A stretch of DNA of 64,000 nucleotides from an uncultured virus (IMG/VR IMGVR_UViG_3300042894_008159) (lineage: Duplodnaviria; Heunggongvirae; Uroviricota; Caudoviricetes). The position numbers and the translations under genes were made by a program. The stretch is taken from IMG/VR virus record IMGVR_UViG_3300042894_008159, positions 1 through 64,000 of that record. One strand, given 5' to 3'. Positions 1 through 9,374 of the stretch are shown in pieces. The notes beneath the pieces were generated by a model. It did no database searches and was not told where the DNA came from. It saw only the letters and a program-made list of their open reading frames with translations. Numbering within the stretch: position 1 is the stretch's first letter; each line of letters opens with the position of its first letter.

Positions 1-1135
1 TCCGGAAGAACCTGATGATCCAGAGGATCCACTTGATCCAGAAGATCCACTTGATCCGGATGAACCTGAAGTTCCGGAAGAACCTGCACCTCCGGATGTT
101 CCGGAAGAACCTGATGATCCAGATGATCCACTCGATCCGGATGAACCCGAGGTTCCAGAAGAACCTGCTCCTCCAGAGGTTCCAGAAGAACCCGATGATC
201 CAGAGGATCCACTTGATCCAGAAGAACCTGAGGTTCCGGAAGAACCTGTTCCACCAGATGTTCCAGAAGAACCCGATGATCCAGATGATCCACTTGATCC
301 AGAAGAACCTGAAGTTCCTGAAGAGCCAGAAGTCCCGGAAGAACCTGCTCCCCCGGAAGTACCCGAAGAACCCGATGATCCAGATGATCCACTTGATCCA
401 GAAGAACCTGAAGTTCCTGAAGAGCCAGAAGTCCCGGAAGAACCTGCTCCCCCGGAAGTACCCGAAGAACCTGATGATCCAGAAGATCCACTTGATCCAG
501 AAGTTCCTGAAGAGCCAGAAGTCCCGGAAGAACCTGCACCTCCGGATGTTCCGGAAGAACCTGATGATCCAGAGGATCCACTCGATCCGGATGAACCTGA
601 GGTTCCAGAAGAACCTGATCCTCCGGATGTTCCGGAAGAACCTGATGATCCAGAGGATCCACTTGATCCAGAAGAACCTGAGGTTCCGGAAGAACCTGTT
701 CCTCCGGAAGTTCCAGAAGAACCCGACGATCCAGATGATCCACTTGATCCAGAAGAACCAGAAGTTCCAGAAGAACCAGAAGTTCCGGAAGAACCTGCTC
801 CACCGGAGGTTCCGGAAGATCCCGATGATCCGGAGGATCCACTTGATCCGGATGAGCCCGAGGTTCCTGAAGAACCAGAAGTTCCAGAAGAACCTGCTCC
901 ACCGGAGGTTCCGGAAGATCCAGAAGTACCAGATGAACCTGTTCCTCCAGAAGTTCCGGAAGATCCAGAAGTCCCAGATGAACCAGAAAACCCGGATGTT
1001 CCAGATGATCCAGAAGAACCTGAAGTTCCGGATGTTCCTGTTCCACCAGAGGTACCAGATGATCCAGAAGTCCCAGAAGATCCAGAAGTTCCAGAAGTAC
1101 CATTTAAACCTGAAGTACCGCTTGTTCCTGAGGTT
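1..1135 (-). repeat. Second coding Gly-X-Y repeat block (GSS-rich with GGA/GGT triplets)
   Basis: gatccagaggatccacttgatccagaagaacc-type units recur. Composition differs from the first block: no GSD and more GSS/GGA. Confidence 0.95.
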
Positions 1136-4100
1136 GATGTATAGGCAGCTGCTGCTACTCCTATATTTTTAATATTAACAATTACAGAAGGAGCTGCTGG
1201 AGCAACATAGGGAGTAGTAATAGCAGGAAAGGCAACAATCTCGCCAAATTCAGTGGATGCCGCAAATATTAATTCCAAATAATCTCCCTGTAAAAGCTCA
1301 ACTATTATGCTTACAAAAGGAAGTTGGATGACAGAATTTGAAACTAGGTCAATGTATGAATCTGTTCTAATAATGTCTGTTCCATTTTTTCTCAGCCAAA
1401 AATTCATCAGGCAATTTGTTCCTTGTGATTTTTGAACTTGTGGAGAAAAAGAAAATTCATAAATCCCAGAATAAGTTGGAGTAACCCTTGAATTACTGAC
1501 CAAAGAAAATCCATTTTCTATTTCAACCGTATTGTAAGTTATTATGGTTGGAGTATCTTCCGCTGTTACTGTTTGAGTAGTAGAATCACTATAAGAAGCA
1601 TAATAATTCATGATTCCGGCCCCGCTGGTCCCACTTGACCCAGAAGTTCCGCTGGTTCCAAAAGAACCATTTATACCAGATGTTCCAGAGGAACCCGATG
1701 TTCCGGTAGTACCGGACGAACCCGAAGTTCCAGAAGTTCCGGTGGTACCTGAAGATCCGGAGGTTCCAAAGGTTCCATTCAAACCAGAAGTACCAGATGA
1801 TCCAGTTGTTCCAGAAGAACCCGATGTTCCTGATGTTCCATCGGTTCCAGAAGTCCCTGCTGTTCCATCGGATCCAGAGGTTCCTGAAGTTCCAAAAGTC
1901 CCATCTAGACCAGAAGTTCCAGAGGTTCCATTGAATCCAGAAGTTCCAGAAGAACCAGTAGTTCCAGAAGAACCCGATGTCCCGGAGGTACCGTCAGAAC
2001 CAGAAGTTCCAGAAGTTCCATCTAAACCAGAAGTTCCAGAAGAACCCGATGTTCCAGAAGTACCGTCAGAACCAGAAGTTCCAGAAGTTCCGTCGAAACC
2101 AGAAGTTCCAGAAGTTCCAAAAGTTCCATCTAAACCAGAAGTTCCAGAGGATCCCGATGTTCCAGCAGTCCCATCTGATCCAGAAGTTCCAGATGAACCA
2201 GATGTTCCAGAAGAACCGGTAGTTCCAGAAGATCCCGATGTTCCAGCAGTCCCATCTGATCCAGAAGTTCCAGATGAACCAGATGTTCCAGAGGATCCAG
2301 TAGTTCCAGAGGATCCCGATGTTCCAGCAGTCCCATCTGATCCAGAAGTTCCAGATGAACCAGATGTTCCAGAAGATCCACTAGTTCCAGATGATCCCGA
2401 TGAGCCAGAAGTTCCGGATGTTCCATCTGATCCAGAAGTTCCAGATGAACCAGATGTTCCAGAAGAACCAGTAGTTCCAGAAGATCCCGATGTTCCAGCA
2501 GTCCCATCTGATCCAGAAGTTCCAGATGAACCAGATGTTCCAGAGGATCCAGTAGTTCCAGAGGATCCCGATGTTCCAGCAGTCCCATCTGATCCAGAAG
2601 TTCCAGATGAACCAGATGTTCCAGAAGATCCACTAGTTCCAGAGGATCCCGATGTTCCAGCAGTCCCATCTGATCCAGAAGTTCCAGATGAACCAGATGA
2701 ACCAGAAGATCCGGTAGTACCGGAGGATCCGGAAGAACCAGAAGTTCCGGAAGTTCCATCTGATCCAGAAGTTCCAGATGAACCAGATGTTCCAGAAGAT
2801 CCACTAGTTCCAGATGATCCCGATGAGCCAGAAGTTCCGGATGTTCCATCTGATCCAGAAGTCCCTGATGATCCTGATGTACCCGAAGATCCGGTAGTTC
2901 CAGAGGATCCCGATGTTCCAGCAGTCCCATCTGATCCAGAAGTTCCAGATGAACCAGATGTTCCAGAAGATCCAGTAGTTCCGGAGGATCCCGATGTTCC
3001 AGCAGTCCCATCAGAACCAGAAGTACCCGATGAACCTGATGTACCTGAAGAACCAGTAGTTCCAGAGGATCCCGATGAGCCAGAAGTTCCAGAGGTTCCA
3101 TCTGATCCAGAAGTTCCTGATGTACCTGAAGAACCAGTAGTTCCAGAGGATCCCGATGAGCCAGAAGTTCCAGAGGTTCCATCTGATCCAGAAGTTCCTG
3201 ATGTACCTGAAGAACCAGTAGTTCCAGAGGATCCCGATGAACCAGAAGTTCCTGAAGTCCCATCTGATCCAGAAGTTCCCGATGAACCTGATGTACCTGA
3301 AGAACCAGTAGTTCCAGAGGATCCGGAAGAGCCAGAAGTTCCGGATGTTCCATCTGATCCAGAAGTTCCAGATGATCCAGATGATCCAGAGGATCCAGTA
3401 GTTCCAGAGGATCCCGATGTTCCAGCAGTCCCATCTGATCCAGAAGTTCCAGATGAACCAGATGTTCCAGAAGATCCAGTAGTTCCGGAGGATCCCGATG
3501 TTCCAGCAGTCCCATCAGAACCAGAAGTACCCGATGAACCTGATGTACCTGAAGAACCAGTAGTTCCAGAGGATCCCGATGAGCCAGAAGTTCCAGAGGT
3601 TCCATCTGATCCAGAAGTTCCAGAAGAACCTGATGTACCTGAAGAACCAGTAGTTCCGGATGATCCAGATGAGCCAGAAGTTCCAGAGGTTCCATCTGAT
3701 CCAGAAGTTCCAGATGAACCTGATGTTCCTGAAGAACCAGTAGTTCCGGATGATCCAGATGAGCCAGAAGTTCCGGATGTTCCATCTGATCCAGAAGTTC
3801 CAGATGAACCAGATGTTCCTGAAGAACCAGTAGTTCCGGATGATCCAGATGAGCCAGAAGTTCCGGATGTTCCATCTGATCCAGAAGTTCCAGATGAACC
3901 AGATGTTCCAGAAGATCCAGTAGTTCCAGAGGATCCCGATGAGCCAGAAGTTCCGGATGTTCCATCTGATCCAGAAGTTCCAGATGAACCAGATGTTCCA
4001 GAAGATCCAGTAGTTCCAGAGGATCCCGATGAGCCAGAAGTTCCAGAGGTTCCTCTTGTACCATCAGATCCAGAAGTTCCTGATGATCCACTGGTTCCAG

Positions 4101-4548
4101 AAGTACCAGAACTTCCTGTTGTTCCAGAAGATCCACTGGTTCCGGTAGATCCAGAAGTACCAGAGCTGCCTGAAGTACCAGAACTTCCCGAGCTAGATCC
4201 TCCGGTTCCACCACCGCTAGAATCCCCACTCATGTTAGAGAAAATCACGGTTACACCTGGGTCCCAGGTAAAATCTAAAATTCCTTCGTTAGAGATTGGA
4301 TCAGTAACTACATCACCTATAGCCTGAATACATTGTTGATATAGGTCATATCCTTGACCGGTTTTAGTAATATAAACTACAGTTCCATAATAAAATCTAG
4401 AAGCTGTAAGAGGTCCAGAATTGTAAACAGTAGTGAAGTAAAGGTAAACCCCGTTTTCGACCGCAATAATTTCCGAGAGTGTGTCTAACTCGAAAGAAGT
4501 GGCCAGTGTTTGTGAACCAGAAATATATTGTATTACAATCTTTTTCAC
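1..4548 (-). CDS. Giant Gly-X-Y (Gly/Ser/Thr) collagen-like fibre protein with an internal C1q/BclA-C-terminal-like beta domain; 3' end truncated by the window edge (>=1516 aa)
   Basis: Hand translation of the minus frame: GTG at 4548 gives MKKIVIQYISGSQTLA..., then a ~115 aa N-domain, then GTS/GSS/GTT/GSD triplets (~4200-1620), a globular insert YYASYSDSTTQTVTAEDTPTIITYN...GIYEFSFSPQV...FWLRKNG (~1610-1140), then GSS/GTS/GGA triplets to position 1. No stop seen. Absent from the ORF track. Confidence 0.9.
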   Translation of the reverse strand, partial: MKKIVIQYISGSQTLATSFELDTLSEIIAVENGVYLYFTTVYNSGPLTASRFYYGTVVYITKTGQGYDLYQQCIQAIGDVVTDPISNEGILDFTWDPGVTVIFSNMSGDSSGGGTGGSSSGSSGTSGSSGTSGSTGTSGSSGTTGSSGTSGTSGSSGTSGSDGTRGTSGTSGSSGSSGTTGSSGTSGSSGTSGSDGTSGTSGSSGSSGTTGSSGTSGSSGTSGSDGTSGTSGSSGSSGTTGSSGTSGSSGTSGSDGTSGTSGSSGSSGTTGSSGTSGSSGTSGSDGTSGTSGSSGSSGTTGSSGTSGSSGTSGSDGTSGTSGSSGSSGTTGSSGTSGSSGTSGSDGTAGTSGSSGTTGSSGTSGSSGTSGSDGTAGTSGSSGTTGSSGSSGSSGTSGSDGTSGTSGSSGSSGTTGSSGTSGSSGTSGSDGTSGTSGSSGSSGTTGSSGTSGTSGSDGTSGTSGSSGSSGTTGSSGTSGTSGSDGTSGTSGSSGSSGTTGSSGTSGSSGTSGSDGTAGTSGSSGTTGSSGTSGSSGTSGSDGTAGTSGSSGTTGSSGTSGSSGTSGSDGTSGTSGSSGSSGTSGSSGTSGSSGTSGSDGTSGTSGSSGSSGTTGSSGSSGSSGTSGSDGTAGTSGSSGTSGSSGTSGSSGTSGSDGTAGTSGSSGTTGSSGTSGSSGTSGSDGTAGTSGSSGTTGSSGTSGSSGTSGSDGTSGTSGSSGSSGTSGSSGTSGSSGTSGSDGTAGTSGSSGTTGSSGTSGSSGTSGSDGTAGTSGSSGTTGSSGTSGSSGTSGSDGTAGTSGSSGTSGLDGTFGTSGTSGFDGTSGTSGSDGTSGTSGSSGTSGLDGTSGTSGSDGTSGTSGSSGTTGSSGTSGFNGTSGTSGLDGTFGTSGTSGSDGTAGTSGTDGTSGTSGSSGTTGSSGTSGLNGTFGTSGSSGTTGTSGTSGSSGTTGTSGSSGTSGINGSFGTSGTSGSSGTSGAGIMNYYASYSDSTTQTVTAEDTPTIITYNTVEIENGFSLVSNSRVTPTYSGIYEFSFSPQVQKSQGTNCLMNFWLRKNGTDIIRTDSYIDLVSNSVIQLPFVSIIVELLQGDYLELIFAASTEFGEIVAFPAITTPYVAPAAPSVIVNIKNIGVAAAAYTSTSGTSGTSGLNGTSGTSGSSGTSGSSGTSGGTGTSGTSGSSGSSGTSGFSGSSGTSGSSGTSGGTGSSGTSGSSGTSGGAGSSGTSGSSGTSGSSGSSGSSGSSGSSGTSGGAGSSGTSGSSGTSGSSGSSGSSGSSGSSGTSGGTGSSGTSGSSGSSGSSGSSGSSGTSGGSGSSGTSGSSGSSGSSGSSGSSGTSGGAGSSGTSGSSGTSGSSGSSGSSGSSGTSGGAGSSGTSGSSGTSGSSGSSGSSGSSGSSGTSGGAGSSGTSGSSGTSGSSGSSGSSGSSGSSGTSGGTGSSGTSGSSGSSGSSGSSGSSGTSGGAGSSGTSGSSGSSGSSGSSGSSGTSGGAGSSGTSGSSGSSGSSGSSGSSGSSGSSG
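1620..4200 (-). repeat. Coding tandem repeat: 9-nt Gly-X-Y unit with a higher-order 81-nt (27 aa) period
   Basis: ttccagcagtcccatctgatccagaagttccagatgaacc recurs at about 2160, 2241 and 2322 (81-nt spacing). The unit is roughly GTSGSDGTAGTSGSSGTTGSSGTSGSS. Confidence 0.95.
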
Positions 4549-4878
4549 CTACGCCTGAACTATTGTTTGTGAAAAAATATAACCCTGTGATTGAAAATCC
4601 AAAGTCACAATTTGGGCCTCTATTAAAAGATTGTCGGTGGCTGCCAGCCAGGCTTGCTCCATGGCTTGGGCATCAGCAAAAGATGTCCCAAAGAAGGACA
4701 GCTTAGTTGAAAAATTGTTGATATTAGGTTGGACAACTGTTGTGTTAACAGAGTCTAGAAAAATGAAAAAGCCGGTAGCTCCCGTGGAAATAGATCCTAC
4801 AGAAGACGGATTGATAGCTAAGGAAAGAATTTTACCTGCACTATCCTTGCCGTATTTTATTTCGATGAGGCCTAACAT
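4549..4878 (-). CDS. Hypothetical virion-associated protein (109 aa)
   Basis: ORF track; abuts the fibre gene in frame (TAG followed directly by GTG); contains TGATG. Confidence 0.7.
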   Translation of the reverse strand: MLGLIEIKYGKDSAGKILSLAINPSSVGSISTGATGFFIFLDSVNTTVVQPNINNFSTKLSFFGTSFADAQAMEQAWLAATDNLLIEAQIVTLDFQSQGYIFSQTIVQA

Positions 4879-4892
4879 TTATGTTCACCGCC

Positions 4893-5138
4893 TTAAAGGT
4901 TGGGTTCAACGGCTTGTCCTACTTTCCCCGTGTAGTTGTAAACTTTGACAAGATTATCGTAGCACTTTTTCATCTGCTCGTCGGAGAGACAGTCTACCAC
5001 GTCGTTCAAAACTCTTTGGTCGTTTCCAGAAGCGGCAACCAGCAAATTCTTCATGTGCTGTTTCATGTCATTTTCTCCGTACATGGGTTGACCATATTTC
5101 ATTTCATTCATCTTCGTCAGTTCAGAAAATTTTCTCAT
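4893..5138 (-). CDS. Small hypothetical protein, possible head-internal protein
   Basis: N-terminus MRKFSELTKMNE resembles the capsid-targeting/cleavage motif; preceded by a GATATATA box. Confidence 0.7.
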   Translation of the reverse strand: MRKFSELTKMNEMKYGQPMYGENDMKQHMKNLLVAASGNDQRVLNDVVDCLSDEQMKKCYDNLVKVYNYTGKVGQAVEPNL

Positions 5139-5159
5139 AATATTGTGTTTTTTCTTTCT

Positions 5160-5167
5160 TATATATC
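5160..5167 (-). promoter_or_regulatory. Putative late promoter GATATATA
   Basis: tatatatc on the + strand, about 22 nt upstream of ATG 5138; recurrent motif. Confidence 0.7.
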
Positions 5168-5727
5168 TAGTTTCTTTTCTGTACTTCCATGTCTAACTCC
5201 ATGAAGTTACATTTAAAAGAAACAGTGAATGTGTTCACACTAGGTGCATTTTGGGTGTAATTCAAGGTGATTCCGTTTATCCCCGTTAGGTTGACTTCTT
5301 TAAATACAACCGAGACAATTACTCCTCCTTCGTTGTTCAAAATTCTAAGAGGTAAAACGGGAGTAAATAGGTCATCATTCTGGAAAGCTAGTTTATCTAA
5401 AACAGTTTCCAACATGATAAAATAATTTACAAATCCCTCACCTATTCTAAACGAAACATCGAAATCTCTGGTAAATAAATCTTGGACTGGGGTTGCGCTT
5501 TGATAGTTAATTTGTTTTCCCAAGTTCTTCGTCTGTGATACCAGATTTGTACTCATAGTAGGGAACCCCACCGACTGAATACTGGAATTCATGAAGGAGG
5601 TGATCGTGTCGTAAGGGGTTGGCTGTTTTTTTAAATAATCAATCCATCGATTTTCTACACTAGGTGGAAAAAACCCTTTGGGAAAGTTGAAGTAAAATGA
5701 ATTGGATCTTGCGTTTAAAATTGCCAT
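5167..5727 (-). CDS. Tail tube-fold protein (T4 gp3/gp19-like tube terminator)
   Basis: 186 aa; the pattern QSVGFPTMS...FDVSFRI...NYFIM...FKEVNLTGINGITLNY...FTVSFKCN is typical of tube-fold proteins; tail gene context. Confidence 0.6.
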   Translation of the reverse strand: MAILNARSNSFYFNFPKGFFPPSVENRWIDYLKKQPTPYDTITSFMNSSIQSVGFPTMSTNLVSQTKNLGKQINYQSATPVQDLFTRDFDVSFRIGEGFVNYFIMLETVLDKLAFQNDDLFTPVLPLRILNNEGGVIVSVVFKEVNLTGINGITLNYTQNAPSVNTFTVSFKCNFMELDMEVQKRN

Positions 5728-5744
5728 CTTAAATTGTTAATTTT

Positions 5745-8303
5745 CTAGAATCCAGCCCTTGGTCTAAAACCTCCCAAGGGAGGCCTGGTATTTGAGCTTC
5801 CCCCTCCTCTTGGAAAAGTTGGGCGATTTGGACCTCCAGAATCAGATCCACTTTGATTTCCGGTACTTCCACCTTGAGCAGCAGTACCTCCTGTGTCCAA
5901 TCCACCTTCAGTGTTACCATAGGCTGCAAGCTGGTCCATAAATAGTTGTCCAGATATTCCATAATTTGCAAAAAGACCAGAAACTGCGTCGGTGAAAATT
6001 TGCTTTGTTATTCCAGAATATATTTTGTACCCAAGAGCGGATGGATTAAGGAAATAATCAATAATTTGTTGATTTGACCAACCGGAATCTATTTTACCTT
6101 GTACGTCAGAAGCTATTGCCGCCTTGAATGCAGTAATTCCCAAAACATTAAGAGTTTGGGTTTGTACCGAAGAATTTTCAGTTGTCGTTGTTCCAGAAGT
6201 ACCAGAAGTGCTACCACTTGCCACTGGAGCTCTTTGCCAGTAACTTTGAACTGATGTTAAATAGGGGGAAAATATTGTTGATTCACGAGGAATTTGACCC
6301 GTAATTAAAGCAAGGTCTGATCTGGCTTCTACACCACCTGTTGGACCGGTTTCAACTGGAATTGCAGGGGGGGTTGGCTCATTGTCTTTCAACCAATTTC
6401 CATAATATAAAACTGAGGAAGAAGAACTCGAGATTCTAGCCGTTCCTGAATTGTTATTTGGTGATGTAAAATTTCGTGCTAAAAGCTGAATGTCACTAAT
6501 AGAATCAGATGAAGATAAAGATCTTCTAGCCAATCTGGATCCAATACTGGAAAATCTTGAGAATAAGTTTTGCCCAGATACTGGTGAAGATTCGGTTATC
6601 ACTGGCTGATTGGAAATATAAAATTTACGATTTGTAAATGTTAAAATTTGGGCTGACAAACTTTGGTCAACTTTAAAAGCAAGTTCACCTTGAGAAGCAT
6701 TGGCTAGGTTTTTATCTGATATAGATGGGGCAAACAATTTGTTATTTTTATTGTCTATGAAGACAAGTTTAAAAGTCCCGGATGAAGTTAAATCTATTTT
6801 CTCTGTTACTCCATTGGGATTCTTTTTAAAGAAAGTGAACTTGTAATAATTATCGAATGGTAAAATTCTTATGTATGCTTGGCCCAATCCATAAGAAATA
6901 GTTTGAGCTACTCCACCATCAGCTTGGCTTATTGTTGTTCCAGTAACAGTTAGATTTGACATTGTTAAATTAACCGTGCTATTTTCAACAAACACATTTT
7001 GATATTTCACAATTTCCATAGGAGCAATTGATGAAGATGGAACAGTGATATTGGATTGATTTGCCAATTTGTTGTAAATCTTCTGAGTCTGCGGAAAAAC
7101 GGAAAGCTGCAATGGAGCGATAAAAGCTCCATATCTACCAGGATTGATGGAAGTAAAAGAAGCATTTCTTACCAAACGAGATTGATCCACAGAATTTACT
7201 AGTGTCATAGTATAACGCAACGTAAACGAAGCAGCCACCGATGGATATCTAATAATAGGTCTGTAAAGCAACGGAATATCAAATGCCGTTGTTTGTATTG
7301 TTGAAAAATTGTTGGTAATAATGAAAGCCGCTCCGATTTGCTCCGCCGTTTCAACCTTGTGGTCTACGTAATATTGGTTTCCAATAGAATTTTGAAATAG
7401 GATGAAATTTTCAATAAATCCTCCATTGTCAGTAGCAAAATATTCGAAATAATCTCCATTTTCGGCTGGACCTACATAGGCTCCAACATTAGAAAAAGGA
7501 TCTTCAGATTCTAAAGAAAGAGCTGCATACAAAGTAACCCCATATTGGTTATATCCGTTAACTTGGGTTATATCATTTATTTGCCATACAGAAATCCGCA
7601 TTGGAGAACCAGTTACATATCCTCTTCCACTACGAGATGTTTTTCCAGCCAAAGTATCTGGTTTGTTCGAAAAACTAGCCGCTGCATATTGGTTGTTCAT
7701 GTCCACTAATGAAGGGACGTTGATCTGAAAATACTTGTCGTAAATGTTCGACCCAATTGTTAGAGGATTGGGATCCAAAGTATAATTTTGAGCCGTTCCT
7801 GAACTCAATTCAATTTGTGAAAAAGTAACGTAGGATCCGTCTTGATCTAAGAATGCAATAGATAAAACCAGTCCGTCGATATTTTCCAAATTATATCCCT
7901 GTAAAATGTGATATCTCACGGTGTCATAAATCACCGAAATATTCGAAGGGAATGTAATTTCAAGATCTGCAGTGGGGGTTAGCTTTGGGTTAAAATCATT
8001 GTAAGGTACAATCAAATTTGGGTTCAATGGAATGAAAGAGTTTTCAGAAGTTTTAACCACATTGTTTAAAGCGGTGTTCTGAGTGATAGAATAATTTTCA
8101 TCCAAATTGAAAATTTGGACCTCGTTGGTTGGAGATCCTTTATATTCTATAATTCCGTTGATTAATTTGTTAAATCCTACGGTTGGGCTTCCTCCCCCGT
8201 TGTTTACAAAATAAGTTTCTGGATTTGGCTGAGCAGCATACATGTACTCCATAACCAAATAAGGAGTTAATTGTACATATTTAGATGTTGTGGTGTATGC
8301 CAT
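5745..8303 (-). CDS. Large virion structural protein (852 aa)
   Basis: Long beta-rich, S/T/N-rich ORF in the structural operon, with a low-complexity Gly-rich C-terminus. Confidence 0.7.
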   Translation of the reverse strand: MAYTTTSKYVQLTPYLVMEYMYAAQPNPETYFVNNGGGSPTVGFNKLINGIIEYKGSPTNEVQIFNLDENYSITQNTALNNVVKTSENSFIPLNPNLIVPYNDFNPKLTPTADLEITFPSNISVIYDTVRYHILQGYNLENIDGLVLSIAFLDQDGSYVTFSQIELSSGTAQNYTLDPNPLTIGSNIYDKYFQINVPSLVDMNNQYAAASFSNKPDTLAGKTSRSGRGYVTGSPMRISVWQINDITQVNGYNQYGVTLYAALSLESEDPFSNVGAYVGPAENGDYFEYFATDNGGFIENFILFQNSIGNQYYVDHKVETAEQIGAAFIITNNFSTIQTTAFDIPLLYRPIIRYPSVAASFTLRYTMTLVNSVDQSRLVRNASFTSINPGRYGAFIAPLQLSVFPQTQKIYNKLANQSNITVPSSSIAPMEIVKYQNVFVENSTVNLTMSNLTVTGTTISQADGGVAQTISYGLGQAYIRILPFDNYYKFTFFKKNPNGVTEKIDLTSSGTFKLVFIDNKNNKLFAPSISDKNLANASQGELAFKVDQSLSAQILTFTNRKFYISNQPVITESSPVSGQNLFSRFSSIGSRLARRSLSSSDSISDIQLLARNFTSPNNNSGTARISSSSSSVLYYGNWLKDNEPTPPAIPVETGPTGGVEARSDLALITGQIPRESTIFSPYLTSVQSYWQRAPVASGSTSGTSGTTTTENSSVQTQTLNVLGITAFKAAIASDVQGKIDSGWSNQQIIDYFLNPSALGYKIYSGITKQIFTDAVSGLFANYGISGQLFMDQLAAYGNTEGGLDTGGTAAQGGSTGNQSGSDSGGPNRPTFPRGGGSSNTRPPLGGFRPRAGF

Positions 8304-8314
8304 TTTTTTGTTTT

Positions 8315-9148
8315 TTATTTTCCAAATTGAAGAAATTTTGGGGTGTAAGTTAGCCCCACACCCAAATTAGGTCCTCTTACAATATATCCGTTTGATCCTG
8401 CTGTAAATCCAAAACCTACTGACATTCCAATACCAAAAGATTTTCTGGAATTACGCAAAGCCTTTCTAGATTCTTCATCATCCAATAAGTTAATTGAATT
8501 TAATTCATTAAATGTTATACCAGGAAAATCCGTAGAAGCTCTGACATACAAACGTTTGGTTTGTGGATCTCTGAATAACCCAGTTACCAAATCGATTTTT
8601 TGTTCGATTTCAAGATGAACCATACCCGGGGTAATTGAAGGTTGTATTTTCCAATTCACCCCATTGGAATCAGATTTTGACTCGCAAGTATCATAGGAAA
8701 TTGAATAAGGTAAAACTCCAGAGATAGACATCCTATTTTTCCCCTTCAAAGTCGGGTTGTATTTGAAATTAAAAGCTGGCTTATTGTTTTCAAAAGAAGA
8801 TGTAATTGGAATATAGATTGAAGTGTCGCGATATTCAATTTCAGTTTGAATGATTACCTTCGCCTTTTTTTTCTTTTCAAGATCTAACCTTCTTAAAAGA
8901 TCAATGTTTTCTTCACTCAATTCAGAATAAAAAAGATCCATTGATGATTTTTGTGCCAACAAAGTTTCATTTTCCGAAGAAATAACATCAATAGAATCAT
9001 GTGACGCCAGATAATTATTTAAATGTCTTTGAGAATCTACTTTGGCTTGCTGCAATTCCTGATTCTGCCAAATTGAACCTAGAAAAAGAAGACAAGTTAA
9101 AAGAGATAGAGAAACAATAATTTTGAGTTTTGAATCAAAGTTTTTCAT
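8315..9148 (-). CDS. Spanin-like membrane protein (N-terminal TM helix, coiled coil, C-terminal amphipathic beta hairpin)
   Basis: IIVSLSLLTCLLFLGSIW TM segment; coiled coil; C-terminus FGIGMSVGFGF...GPNLGVGLTY. Confidence 0.5.
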   Translation of the reverse strand: MKNFDSKLKIIVSLSLLTCLLFLGSIWQNQELQQAKVDSQRHLNNYLASHDSIDVISSENETLLAQKSSMDLFYSELSEENIDLLRRLDLEKKKKAKVIIQTEIEYRDTSIYIPITSSFENNKPAFNFKYNPTLKGKNRMSISGVLPYSISYDTCESKSDSNGVNWKIQPSITPGMVHLEIEQKIDLVTGLFRDPQTKRLYVRASTDFPGITFNELNSINLLDDEESRKALRNSRKSFGIGMSVGFGFTAGSNGYIVRGPNLGVGLTYTPKFLQFGK

Positions 9149-9371
9149 AGGAAAGAGTGAGAGGATTTAATTTACCTGGGCCATATTTTTCTTTTAATTG
9201 ACCCATAAAATTTTTTTCTTGAAGTCTCAAATCTTCCAGATGGTTGATCAGAGACTCTGTTTGAGAATTCAAAGATTTCATTTGTTCTTCGACTACATGA
9301 ATTCGATCCTTGACTTGAACGAATCCTTCTTTTAAAGATTGTGCAATTTTTTTTTCAGATTGTGTTAACAT
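9135..9371 (-). CDS. Small coiled-coil hypothetical protein
   Basis: 78 aa with a heptad pattern, ending LKEKYGPGKLNPLTLSYE; overlaps the next gene. Confidence 0.75.
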   Translation of the reverse strand: MLTQSEKKIAQSLKEGFVQVKDRIHVVEEQMKSLNSQTESLINHLEDLRLQEKNFMGQLKEKYGPGKLNPLTLSYEKL

Positions 9372-9374
9372 AAT

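Noticed and set aside
15..4327. Long ORFs 15..1172(+), 1610..4327(+, PEVP-rich), 1977..2222(+) and 2130..4229(-)
   Set aside because: These are shadow frames of the Gly-Ser-Thr repeat. They are nearly confined to the repeat blocks, while the true frame stays open through the globular domains.
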